Assembly (NCBI GenBank): GCA_964359755.1
Contig: CAYHUB010000001.1
Coordinates: forward strand, 39,797 to 103,796
Source: an uncultured Candidatus Saccharibacteria bacterium
Lineage (GTDB): Bacteria; Patescibacteriota; Minisyncoccia; GWC2-36-17; WO2-46-25
DNA: 64,000 nt
Direction of reading: 5' to 3'
Shown: positions 8,954-17,815 of the stretch, in pieces
How the letters are laid out: each line of letters opens with the position of its first letter
How positions within the stretch are numbered: the stretch's first letter is position 1
The notes under the pieces: model-generated
The model's database searches: none
What the model saw: the letters and a program-made list of their open reading frames with translations, nothing else
What the model was told of the DNA's origin: nothing
Made by a program: the position numbers and the translations under genes

Positions 8954-9958
8954 ATGTACGACGTTATCACTATGGGCGCGGCGACGCGGGATGTTTTTTT
9001 GTTGAGCGATCATTTTCGCGTGGCAAAAGACAAACATCTTTCGGCAGTCGGGGAGGTGCTCTATTTTAATCTGGGGTCAAAAAATGAATTGCAAGAAGTC
9101 ATTCTGACCACGGGCGGCGGCGCGACAAACGCGGCGGTAACATTTGCACGGCAAGGGTTAAGGACGGCGTGCATCTGCAGAGTCGGCGATGAGGAGAGCG
9201 GCCATGATGTGGTGCGTGCGCTTAAAAATGAAGGGATTACAACGGAATTCATCCAGCACGATAAAAAATCACCAACAGCGTACTCGACCATTCTCACGAC
9301 CAAAAAAGGGGAGCGGGTCATTTTAACGAAGCGCGGAGCATCTGATCATATCGACGCGCGCGCGATTCCCGTGAAACGCGTGCAGGCGAAATGGCTTTAT
9401 GTTTCTTCGGTCGCGGGCGATCTCGCATTGCTGAAAAAGGTTTTTGCCGTTGCGCACGCGCATGGCATACGCATTGCGATCAACCCCGGGATCCGTGAAT
9501 TGGAAAAAGGATTGCGTGCGCTTGAACCGCTCTTGCGCAGCGTGGACGTGCTGTTTGTGAATCATGAAGAGGCGGCGCAACTCACCGGTATTTCGCAGCG
9601 GAAAGAAAAAACTATTTTTGAAAAACTTGATGCGATTGTGCGCGGCATCGTGGTAATGACAAAAGGGCAAAAAGGCGTGGTGGTGTCCGACGGTAAAAAA
9701 GTATATCATGCGGGTGTTCCTAAGGCACCCATCGCGGGAAGGACGGGGGCGGGAGATGCGTTCGGTTCGGGTTTTATTGCCGGGCTTGCGCGGGGAAACA
9801 ATATTCCGTTCTCGATGCAATTAGGCACCGCAAATGCCACAGCGGTCATTCAGCATCTTTCTGCAAAGCAGGGTATTTTGCGAAAGGGTGAGTGGGGGAA
9901 ATGGCCGCGCGTAACCGTACAAGAAATTTCACTGAAAAATCATGGATACATCAATTGA
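8954..9958 (+). CDS. PfkB-family carbohydrate/sugar-phosphate kinase (ribokinase-like); possibly the 6-phosphofructokinase equivalent
   Basis: GGGATNAAVTFARQG and GAGDAFGSGFIAGL (PfkB signature 2). Sits inside the gap/rpi/rpe/tkt/fba cluster. Confidence 0.8.
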   Translation: MYDVITMGAATRDVFLLSDHFRVAKDKHLSAVGEVLYFNLGSKNELQEVILTTGGGATNAAVTFARQGLRTACICRVGDEESGHDVVRALKNEGITTEFIQHDKKSPTAYSTILTTKKGERVILTKRGASDHIDARAIPVKRVQAKWLYVSSVAGDLALLKKVFAVAHAHGIRIAINPGIRELEKGLRALEPLLRSVDVLFVNHEEAAQLTGISQRKEKTIFEKLDAIVRGIVVMTKGQKGVVVSDGKKVYHAGVPKAPIAGRTGAGDAFGSGFIAGLARGNNIPFSMQLGTANATAVIQHLSAKQGILRKGEWGKWPRVTVQEISLKNHGYIN

Positions 9959-11195
9959 AAGGATCGCGCGCGTATTGCGCACCGACAAGGATACGGTGGG
10001 AAATTTATGCAAGCGGATGGAAGAGGTGACAGGAAAAAGAAATGTCCCGCAAAAAGTGATGGAAGAGAACGATCTGCTTGTGGAGAAGTCTCTTACTGCG
10101 CTTGGCGTTGGGGGAAAAGCGTTTAATTTTGAGGTGTATCAGGCGCTTATCGCAAAAGTGAAGAAAAATGACGCGACCATTTTTGAGCTTTTTCGCAAGC
10201 CGCGATGTATTGACTATAAAGGGTGTAAGACGCTGTTAAACTTTGCCGAAGAGCTTGCAAATGTCGGCGAAGGATTTTTTCTTAAAAAAGAAAAAGCGAC
10301 AGAGTTGTTGAAGAACGAACCACCGGTGAATATCATGAAGGCGCTCGGGTACAAGGAGGTGAACGAGCTGATCGAGAAAGAAGACATTGATCAGGTATTT
10401 GCTGCGCTGCGGTTCGGGGAAGAACGGCAATGGCTGAATGAAGTGTTTTTCGCGCAATATAAAAATCTTACGGTCAATGATTTTGAGCGCAGAGGCATAC
10501 GGCTTGAAGTGCTTGACGGGAAATGGCTTACGATCGCGGAGCAATTCCTGAAAAAGAAATATCATAATGTGTCCCATCTCAAAGAATTGGGAGTGATATT
10601 TGTGATCCCGCTCGAGTTAAAAACACCCGGCGAAACGATGCGCGTGTTCGGGCTTATTCTGCATTATTTGCACGAGGTAAACTTTTACGCAAAATTGTTT
10701 ACGCTGTATGCGCAAACGCCTTCCAATTTCGCCGAGCGTGTTATTTCGTGTTTGCGCGGCGATGTGCTTGATGAGCAGATGCACAGCCATGTGGTATCCA
10801 ATTGGCTTATTGTACAGCGGTATCTTGCCAAAGAGGATGAATATGACTGGCGGTTATTCGCGCCGCATGTGAACCCGGAAGCGCTTCACTGGACGAAAGC
10901 GGAGGAAGATGTTGCGCGGCTCAATGAGCGGTTTGAGAATCTTGATCTGCATTTCTGGCACAATCTTGATTTTGTGGGAGAATTTTACCGCACGGAATCC
11001 GGCGTCGATAATCTCGTGAGCTTTAATCTGATCGACACCGTGATGTCGTTGGTCATGGAAAAGGATATGATCAAATATCTGTATCATCATCAGGAAGCGA
11101 TGTGGAACAAGCTATTTATGGAATACGTGGGCGGGCGCGATGAAATGGAGCGGCTTACCGTTGAAAACTTCATGAAAGGGTACATCGCGTTTTAA
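9942..11195 (+). CDS. hypothetical protein (417 aa) embedded in the sugar-phosphate operon; no recognisable motif
   Basis: Long ORF, overlapping the upstream kinase gene by 17 bp and ending 5 bp before fba. Soluble, no TM helices. Confidence 0.6.
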   Translation: MDTSIERIARVLRTDKDTVGNLCKRMEEVTGKRNVPQKVMEENDLLVEKSLTALGVGGKAFNFEVYQALIAKVKKNDATIFELFRKPRCIDYKGCKTLLNFAEELANVGEGFFLKKEKATELLKNEPPVNIMKALGYKEVNELIEKEDIDQVFAALRFGEERQWLNEVFFAQYKNLTVNDFERRGIRLEVLDGKWLTIAEQFLKKKYHNVSHLKELGVIFVIPLELKTPGETMRVFGLILHYLHEVNFYAKLFTLYAQTPSNFAERVISCLRGDVLDEQMHSHVVSNWLIVQRYLAKEDEYDWRLFAPHVNPEALHWTKAEEDVARLNERFENLDLHFWHNLDFVGEFYRTESGVDNLVSFNLIDTVMSLVMEKDMIKYLYHHQEAMWNKLFMEYVGGRDEMERLTVENFMKGYIAF

Positions 11196-11200
11196 TTGGC

Positions 11201-12091
11201 ATGAATTGTAATACGAAACAATTTTTCAGTGCTGCGGAGAACGGGAAATATGCGATCGGGCAGTTCAATGTGTCTACAGCAGATCAAATACGGGCAATTA
11301 TGAGGGTTGCGAAGGATCTCCGCTCACCGGTCATTATTGGCACGTCGGAAGGCGAGTGTGCATTTATTGGCGCGAGACAGGCGGTGAAGCTGTGCGAAGC
11401 ATACGAAGAAGAAGTGGGTGTCCCGGTCATTCTGAATGCCGATCATACCTATAAGGATGTGAAAGAGATAAAAAATCTTGATACGATACAAGCATTGCTT
11501 GATGCGGGGTATAATTCTATTCACTTTGACGGTTCCGTGCTGTCGTTTGAAGAAAATGTTGAGTGGACAAAGCAGGTGGTCGCAATGTGCAAAGAGAAGA
11601 ACCCGGGAATATCCGTGGAGGGTGAGCTCGGTTTTTTGCCCGGGGCATCGCAGATTTCTCAAGAAAAAGTGGAAATAAAGCCGGAGTATCTGACCGATCC
11701 GAAACAGGCGCTCGCATTTGTGGAAGCGACCGGCATCGATCGGCTCGCGGTGTCGGTCGGCAATAGCCACGGCATTTCATTTCAGGAGGATCGGCTTGAT
11801 ATTGAGCGCATCGCGGCGATCAAAGAGATGATCGGTGACCGCGCGGTGCTCGTGTTGCATGGCGGATCGGGAATCCCGGATGATCAGATACAAGCGGCGA
11901 TTGAGCACGGCATTCGAAAGATTAACATCAATACCGAACTTCGCGTCGCATTTCATGACGCGCTCAAAGCAACGCTTACAGGATCGGAACAAACAACCCC
12001 GTACAAGTTTTTGCCGCCGGCAATGGATGCGGTTGCGCGCGTGGTAGAGGGGAAAATAAAACTTTTTGGAAGCGGCAATGCTGCTAAGTGA
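11201..12091 (+). CDS. fba: class II fructose-/tagatose-bisphosphate aldolase
   Basis: N-terminal FSAAENGKYAIGQFNV, metal-binding H in LNADHT, and VLHGGSGIPDDQI blocks of the class II aldolase family. Confidence 0.85.
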   Translation: MNCNTKQFFSAAENGKYAIGQFNVSTADQIRAIMRVAKDLRSPVIIGTSEGECAFIGARQAVKLCEAYEEEVGVPVILNADHTYKDVKEIKNLDTIQALLDAGYNSIHFDGSVLSFEENVEWTKQVVAMCKEKNPGISVEGELGFLPGASQISQEKVEIKPEYLTDPKQALAFVEATGIDRLAVSVGNSHGISFQEDRLDIERIAAIKEMIGDRAVLVLHGGSGIPDDQIQAAIEHGIRKININTELRVAFHDALKATLTGSEQTTPYKFLPPAMDAVARVVEGKIKLFGSGNAAK

Positions 12092-13398
12092 TCATGGCAG
12101 ATACATTCATCATCAAAGGAGGAAAAAAGCTGAAAGGATCGATCGAGGTGCGCGGCGCAAAGAACGCCGCGTTTGCAGTGCTTGCCGCAACACTCCTTAC
12201 GAAAGAGACCTGTGAAATCGACAACGTGCCCCTTGTCAAAGATGTTTTCGTTATGCTGGAAATATTTACCAGTATCGGCGTGGAGCATGAATTCATCTCC
12301 GAGCGAAAACTGCGGATCTCTGCCGCAAAAATTTCCCCAAAAAACATCCGGCATGATGCCGTAGAAAAGATCCGCGCATCGGTGCTCTTGTGCGGGGCGC
12401 TTCCTGTGCGCGCGCCGCGCTTTGCGCTTACGAAGCCGGGCGGATGCTCGATCGGGTCACGGATCCTCGATCCGCATATCGATGCGCTTGCGCAGGTAGG
12501 TATTGAAATTAAAAAGCGCGGCAAATATCTTGATGTGATAAAACACGAAGTAGCGGGCGACCGCGAGATCGTGCTTTCTGAGATGTCAGTGACCGCGACC
12601 GAAAACGCGGTGCTTGCATCGGTGGTGCGCAAGGGCACGGTGACGATATATTGCGCCGCTTCGGAGCCATATGTGCAGGATCTCTGCCACATGCTGGTAA
12701 ACATGGGGGCTCACATTTCTGGCATCGGCACCAATACGCTTATTGTTAAGGGTGTCGCGAAATTACATGGCGTAAGGCACTTTATCATGCCCGACCCGAT
12801 AGAGATGGGGACGTTCATTACGCTTGCCGCCTGCACGAAAAGCCGTATCGTCATTAAAAATACCGTGCCGGAATTTATACGGTTCGATATGTTGAAGTTT
12901 GCGGAAGCGGGTGTTATAGTGAAGATGAAAAACCGAAGAAAAAATGCGCACGGATGGGGATATGAAATGGCGGATATGGAAGTTATACCGTCGCCGTTGG
13001 TTGCGGTGAAGAAGGTGCATAATATGCCGTATCCCGGGCTGTCTCCTGACATCCTTCCGATGTTTGTGGTGTTGATGACGCAGGCGCGCGGGATCAGTTT
13101 GATCCACGATTGGATGTACGAAGGAAGATTAAAATATGTTGAAGAGCTAAAACGCATGGGGGCGGATGCATTCATATGCGACCCGCACCGTGCGCTCATT
13201 ACGGGGCCGACGCCGCTTGAAGGAAAAGAGATCACCAGTTTCGATTTGCGGGCGGGAGCGGTGCTTATTATCGCCGCGCTTACCGCACAAGGGACGACCG
13301 TCATACAGAACGCGTATCAAGTCGACAGAGGGTATGAGGATATCGAAGGAAGGCTGAAAAAAATGGGGGCGAATATAAAAAGAATTTCTAATTCCTAA
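12088..13398 (+). CDS. murA: UDP-N-acetylglucosamine 1-carboxyvinyltransferase
   Basis: N-terminus FIIKGGKKLKGSIEVRGAKNAAFAVLAA is classic MurA. 436 aa. Confidence 0.9.
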   Translation: MIMADTFIIKGGKKLKGSIEVRGAKNAAFAVLAATLLTKETCEIDNVPLVKDVFVMLEIFTSIGVEHEFISERKLRISAAKISPKNIRHDAVEKIRASVLLCGALPVRAPRFALTKPGGCSIGSRILDPHIDALAQVGIEIKKRGKYLDVIKHEVAGDREIVLSEMSVTATENAVLASVVRKGTVTIYCAASEPYVQDLCHMLVNMGAHISGIGTNTLIVKGVAKLHGVRHFIMPDPIEMGTFITLAACTKSRIVIKNTVPEFIRFDMLKFAEAGVIVKMKNRRKNAHGWGYEMADMEVIPSPLVAVKKVHNMPYPGLSPDILPMFVVLMTQARGISLIHDWMYEGRLKYVEELKRMGADAFICDPHRALITGPTPLEGKEITSFDLRAGAVLIIAALTAQGTTVIQNAYQVDRGYEDIEGRLKKMGANIKRISNS

Positions 13399-13469
13399 TT
13401 GACCTAATTTCTAAATTTGGCATTGGGATTTAGGATTTAATTAGAAATTAGATATTAGGAATTTAAAGT
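13399..13469. promoter_or_regulatory. AT-rich imperfect palindromic intergenic region (taatttctaaat / atttagaaatta arms) between murA and mreB; likely terminator/operator plus promoter
   Basis: Reciprocal aatttctaa / ttagaaatt and cctaatt / aattagg arms around 13400-13460. Also TTGACC-N17 before mreB. Confidence 0.35.
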
Positions 13470-14477
13470 ATGTTTATTCGAAAGATCGGTATTGATCTTG
13501 GTACTACCAATACACTCGTATTCATTCCTAAAAAAGGGGTGGTGGTGAATGAGCCGACCGTTGTGGCGGTTTCCGCGCATGACCGATCGGTGATGGCGGT
13601 CGGAGCGGAAGCAAAAGAGATGCTCGGAAGAACGCCCGATGCGATTATCGCGTTACGGCCATTGAAGGAAGGAGTGATAGCTGACTACAAGATCACCGAA
13701 GCGATGATTTCTTATTTTCTCACGAAAGGGTGCGGGCGAATACGCCTTTTTAAGCCTGAAATGATGATATCGGTTCCTGCAGGAATTACTTCCACAGAGC
13801 GCCGTGCGGTGGTTGACGCCGCGATTCAGGCGGGCGCAAAGGCTGCGTATGTTGTAAAAGAGCCGGTGCTTGCCGCAATTGGCGCAGGTATCCCTATTAA
13901 CGAAGCATCCGGAAGCATGATCGTGAATATCGGCGGTGGAACATCGGAGATCGCGGTAATTTCGCTGGGGGGTATTGTGGCGTGGGCATCGGTACGCGTT
14001 GCGGGAAATAAGATCGATCAGGCGATTGCTGAGTATGTGCGCAAAACGCACAGTCTTGAGATCGGCGAGCGAACAGCCGAGGATATCAAGATAGGAGTCG
14101 GGTCTGCTGTTCCGGTGAAAGAGGAAGATTCTATGGACGTACGGGGGCGCGACATGATCACCGGTCTTCCGCGGACGATCCGCGTAACAACGAACGAGGT
14201 CGCGGAAGCAATTGCCGAGCCGTTAAAAGAGATCGTGCGCGCAGTAAAGTCCGTGCTTCAAGAAACGCCTCCCGAGCTTGCGGCGGATATTATGCATAAG
14301 GGGATGACGCTTTCGGGCGGCGGCGCTTTGCTTCGTAATATCGACGAGCTTTTATTTAAAGTGACCGGCGTGTCGTGTACGAAAGCGAATGAACCGCTGT
14401 TGTGTGTCGCAAAAGGGACCGGCATCGTACTTGAAAATCTTGATGTATATAAACGAAGTGTGATGAGTAAAAAATAG
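13470..14477 (+). CDS. mreB: rod-shape-determining actin homologue MreB
   Basis: IGIDLGTTNTLVF phosphate-1 motif and NIGGGTSEIAVIS. 335 aa. Confidence 0.9.
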   Translation: MFIRKIGIDLGTTNTLVFIPKKGVVVNEPTVVAVSAHDRSVMAVGAEAKEMLGRTPDAIIALRPLKEGVIADYKITEAMISYFLTKGCGRIRLFKPEMMISVPAGITSTERRAVVDAAIQAGAKAAYVVKEPVLAAIGAGIPINEASGSMIVNIGGGTSEIAVISLGGIVAWASVRVAGNKIDQAIAEYVRKTHSLEIGERTAEDIKIGVGSAVPVKEEDSMDVRGRDMITGLPRTIRVTTNEVAEAIAEPLKEIVRAVKSVLQETPPELAADIMHKGMTLSGGGALLRNIDELLFKVTGVSCTKANEPLLCVAKGTGIVLENLDVYKRSVMSKK

Positions 14478-14482
14478 AAAGC

Positions 14483-15556
14483 ATGAATATTGGTATTCAC
14501 GCAAAAGGCGCATTTAAATATGAACGTACCGGGGTTGAGGAGTATGTGTATCAGCTTCTCAAGCATTTTGCAATGCTTGATGAGTCAACGAATCACTCTT
14601 TTCTTCTCTATACCCCGTATTATAAAGACACCTTATATCTGCCGAAGAACTTTTCAGTACGGCGGCTTCGCAGCATATTTTTTTGGACGAGATTCCGTCT
14701 CTCGATGAAGATGCTTTTTGACGCACCGGATGTGCTTTTCATGCCGGCTAATTTTTTACCTGTTTTTTATCCCAGCCGTACGGTTGCGACGATTCACGGG
14801 TTGGAATTTGAATATTTCCCCGAGGTATTTGCGCCTTCGCAACTGGCGTATTTGAAAGAAGGCACGCGCCGCGTGGTGCGCTCCGCGAAAAAAATCATCG
14901 TACCGACGAACGCAGGAAAAGAAGATCTTATCAAATTCTATAAGGCGGATCCGAACAAAATAATTGTTATCCAGCATGGCGTCAATCCGCAGGTGGCGTA
15001 TCATCATCGGTATCCGCCGATCGACGAGCAGTATATTTTATTCGTCGGGAAGCTCGAAAAAAAGAAGAACGTACAAAGTATCGTGAAAGCATTTGCGGTA
15101 TTGAAAGAGAAATATAAGATCCCGCATAAATTAGTGCTCGTGGGGAGTCCAGGGTTTGGATATCATGAAATACAAAAAGAAATAGAAAGAACGCTGTATA
15201 AAACCGATATCATACTCACCGGATACATCAGCCAAGAGGAAAAAGAGTCGTTCTTCAAATATGCTGACGTATTCGTGTTCCCGTCGCTGTATGAAGGATT
15301 TGGTATGCCGATCCTCGAAGCGCAGCTCAGGCAGGTTCCGGTGGTCACGTCGCGGATTCCTAATATCATGGAGGTTGCGGGAGACGGAGCTTTATTTGTC
15401 GATCCTATGAGCGTACAGCAGCTTACCGAGGCGGTTATGAGCGTGGTTTCCGATGATGCCATACGAGTTGACCTTGTTGCAAAAGGAATAAAAAATTCCC
15501 AGAAATACAGCTGGTTTAAGTGCGCGAAGGAGACGCTTGAAGCTTTGACTTCTTAG
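14483..15556 (+). CDS. GT4-family glycosyltransferase
   Basis: C-terminal FVFPSLYEGFGMPILEA (E-x7-E GT4 motif). Confidence 0.8.
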   Translation: MNIGIHAKGAFKYERTGVEEYVYQLLKHFAMLDESTNHSFLLYTPYYKDTLYLPKNFSVRRLRSIFFWTRFRLSMKMLFDAPDVLFMPANFLPVFYPSRTVATIHGLEFEYFPEVFAPSQLAYLKEGTRRVVRSAKKIIVPTNAGKEDLIKFYKADPNKIIVIQHGVNPQVAYHHRYPPIDEQYILFVGKLEKKKNVQSIVKAFAVLKEKYKIPHKLVLVGSPGFGYHEIQKEIERTLYKTDIILTGYISQEEKESFFKYADVFVFPSLYEGFGMPILEAQLRQVPVVTSRIPNIMEVAGDGALFVDPMSVQQLTEAVMSVVSDDAIRVDLVAKGIKNSQKYSWFKCAKETLEALTS

Positions 15557-15580
15557 AACCCATTTCACCATAACACTATT

Positions 15581-16747
15581 GTGCGCGTCGTTCTCGTCCA
15601 TGATTTTTTAACGCAATTCGGAGGAGCCGAACGCGTGTTAACGGTGCTCGCTTCATTATTCCCTGAAGCGCCCATTTATACGCTGGTATATGATGAAGAG
15701 ATCGTACGCAAGCATTTTTCCGAAAGAGAAGTGCGCGGATCTTTTTTGCAGTCGCTTCCGGCAGGCATCCGCACACGGCACCGGTTGTTATTGCCGTTGT
15801 ACCCGTATGCGCTCGGACGGTTCAATGTGCGTGATTTCGATATAGTGATTTCTTCGTCTTCCGCATTCGCAAAAGGCGTGCAGCGAGGGCTCCATGCCAT
15901 ACATATCTGTTATTGCCATGCAACCGCGCGATTTTTATGGGAGGAACAGGAACAATATCTGAGAGATAACAAGTACGGAGCAATCACAAAGATGGCGGTG
16001 AAGCATCTGCTTACGCCGTTATTACGGCGCTGGGATATCGCGTCTGCGCGCAGGGTTGATGTATGGATCGCGAATTCGGCGACAACGCAACTGAAAATAC
16101 ACGAGCGGTACGAGAAGAACGCAACAGTGATATATCCGCCGCTTACAAAACTTGATCATACCAAGAAACACGATGCGCATCCCCGGGAATATTTTTTACT
16201 CGTATCGCGTTTGGCGGCATATAAAAAAATTGATGTGGTGATAGATGCATTCACGATACTCGGATTGCCGTTGGTCATCGTCGGCACCGGACCCGAGGAG
16301 AAGCGGTTTAAAAAGAAGGCAGGGAAAAATATCTCCTTTCGCGGATTTGTCACCGACAAGGAGCTTGCGGAGCACTATCGCAATGCGGTCGCGCTTATTG
16401 TCGCATGCGAGGAAGATTTTGGAATAAGCGCGATTGAAGCGCTGAGTTTTGGTACGCCGGTGCTTGCGTATCGCAAAGGCGGGGTAATGGAGTGGATGGA
16501 AGAAGGAAGAACAGGAGAATTTTTTGATAAGCAGACATCTTCGGAAATCCGCGATGGCGTGCGAAAGATATTGCACAATAACGCGCGTTATGCTTGCGCA
16601 TATCTTCAGGAGGTTGCGTCTCGGTTCGACGAAAGTGAATTTCGAGCGGCAATACTCCGCATGGTGTCGTTGCATGAGATTGACTTTTTTCAAAGGAAAG
16701 AGTACGATAAAAACAATAGTGAAACCGTAGACAAGAGGCCCGGCTGA
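15581..16747 (+). CDS. GT4-family glycosyltransferase
   Basis: GTG start. VHDFLTQFGGAERV N-terminus typical of GT4 mannosyl/glucosyl transferases. CEEDFGISAIEALSFGTPVLA block. Confidence 0.8.
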   Translation: MRVVLVHDFLTQFGGAERVLTVLASLFPEAPIYTLVYDEEIVRKHFSEREVRGSFLQSLPAGIRTRHRLLLPLYPYALGRFNVRDFDIVISSSSAFAKGVQRGLHAIHICYCHATARFLWEEQEQYLRDNKYGAITKMAVKHLLTPLLRRWDIASARRVDVWIANSATTQLKIHERYEKNATVIYPPLTKLDHTKKHDAHPREYFLLVSRLAAYKKIDVVIDAFTILGLPLVIVGTGPEEKRFKKKAGKNISFRGFVTDKELAEHYRNAVALIVACEEDFGISAIEALSFGTPVLAYRKGGVMEWMEEGRTGEFFDKQTSSEIRDGVRKILHNNARYACAYLQEVASRFDESEFRAAILRMVSLHEIDFFQRKEYDKNNSETVDKRPG

Positions 16748-16805
16748 AAGGCATATAAGCCCTCTCGAGGTATAAACCTTATCTTCCCCTGTGAAGATGC
16801 GTCTG

Positions 16806-16829
16806 CGGCCTTAAAAGGTCGTTTTTTTA
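16806..16829 (+). terminator. rho-independent terminator after the GT4 gene, immediately upstream of rplJ
   Basis: cggcctt..aaggtcg stem with one G-U pair, followed by ttttttt. Confidence 0.45.
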
Positions 16830-16851
16830 TTGGGTATTAACATAGTGGTAT

Positions 16852-17361
16852 ATGTCGCTTACAAGAAAACAAAAAGAGACGATAGTTGCATCGGTCGCGG
16901 ACAAGCTTTCAAAAAGCAATGTGCTTTTATTTACATCGTTTGCAAAGATCAGTGTCGAGAAGTTAAAGCAATTACGGAAAGAGCTTAAAGCAAAAAGCAT
17001 TGATTTTAAGGTTGTGAAAAAAAATCTTTTGCGCGTGGCGCTTGAAAAAGCGAAAATCGACGCGTCGGCGGCTGACATGAAAAAGATCCCTGAAGCATGC
17101 GGCGTGGTTTTTGCGGCCGATGATCAGATCACTCCTGTGCGCACGATATACACATTCGCGAAAGCAAAAGAGAATGCGTCGTTCACCGTGATCGGAGGCA
17201 TACTCGATAATGCGTTTGTTGCGCCTGAGCGAATGGCTCCGCTTGCAAAAGTTTCAACGCGAGAAGAGTTGTATGCGCGGTTGCTTGGTCAGTTGCAGGC
17301 CCCGCTTGCAAAGCTTGTCTATGCAATTAAAGCAGTAGGGGAAAGTAAATCAGCTGTGTAA
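16852..17361 (+). CDS. rplJ: 50S ribosomal protein L10
   Basis: LTRKQKETIVASVADKLSKS...FKVVKKNLL pattern of bL10. Followed by rplL. Confidence 0.88.
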   Translation: MSLTRKQKETIVASVADKLSKSNVLLFTSFAKISVEKLKQLRKELKAKSIDFKVVKKNLLRVALEKAKIDASAADMKKIPEACGVVFAADDQITPVRTIYTFAKAKENASFTVIGGILDNAFVAPERMAPLAKVSTREELYARLLGQLQAPLAKLVYAIKAVGESKSAV

Positions 17362-17385
17362 TAATAGTAGTAACTAAAAAAATAT

Positions 17386-17757
17386 ATGTCGGATAAATTT
17401 AAGAATCTGATCGAAGAAATCGAGAAAATGAGCGCGCTTGATATTGTCGAGCTCGTAAAGGCGCTTGAAGAAAAGTTTGGTGTGTCTGCGTCAGCTCCTG
17501 TCATGGCTGCGGGCGCAGCGGAGGGCGCAGCGGCAGTCGAAGAAAAAACATCGTTCAATGTCGAATTGAAATCGGCGGGCGAGCAGAAGATACAGGTTAT
17601 CAAGGCTGTCCGCGAGATCACCGGTCTTGGATTAAAAGAGGCGAAGGATATCGTTGACGGAGCGCCGAAAGTAGTAAAGGAAAACGTGGCAAAAGCGGAA
17701 GCGGAAGATATGAAAAAGAAATTGGAAGCGGCAGGCGCAACGGCGGAGTTGAAATAG
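17386..17757 (+). CDS. rplL: 50S ribosomal protein L7/L12
   Basis: N-terminal dimerisation helix, Ala-rich hinge, and C-terminal [25 protein letters not shown]. Confidence 0.92.
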   Translation: MSDKFKNLIEEIEKMSALDIVELVKALEEKFGVSASAPVMAAGAAEGAAAVEEKTSFNVELKSAGEQKIQVIKAVREITGLGLKEAKDIVDGAPKVVKENVAKAEAEDMKKKLEAAGATAELK

Positions 17758-17771
17758 TAGGAAAGCAAACA

Positions 17772-17810
17772 AAAACACCCTCCTGATATTTAGGAGGGTG
17801 TTTTTGTTTT
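17772..17810. terminator. bidirectional rho-independent terminator (caccctcc/ggagggtg stem)
   Basis: Stem flanked by an A-run and a T-run, between convergent rplL and the 554-aa minus-strand gene. Confidence 0.8.
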
Positions 17811-17815
17811 CATGC

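Noticed and set aside
12084-12704. 206-aa minus-strand ORF antisense to murA
   Set aside because: Antisense shadow ORF; murA is unambiguous.
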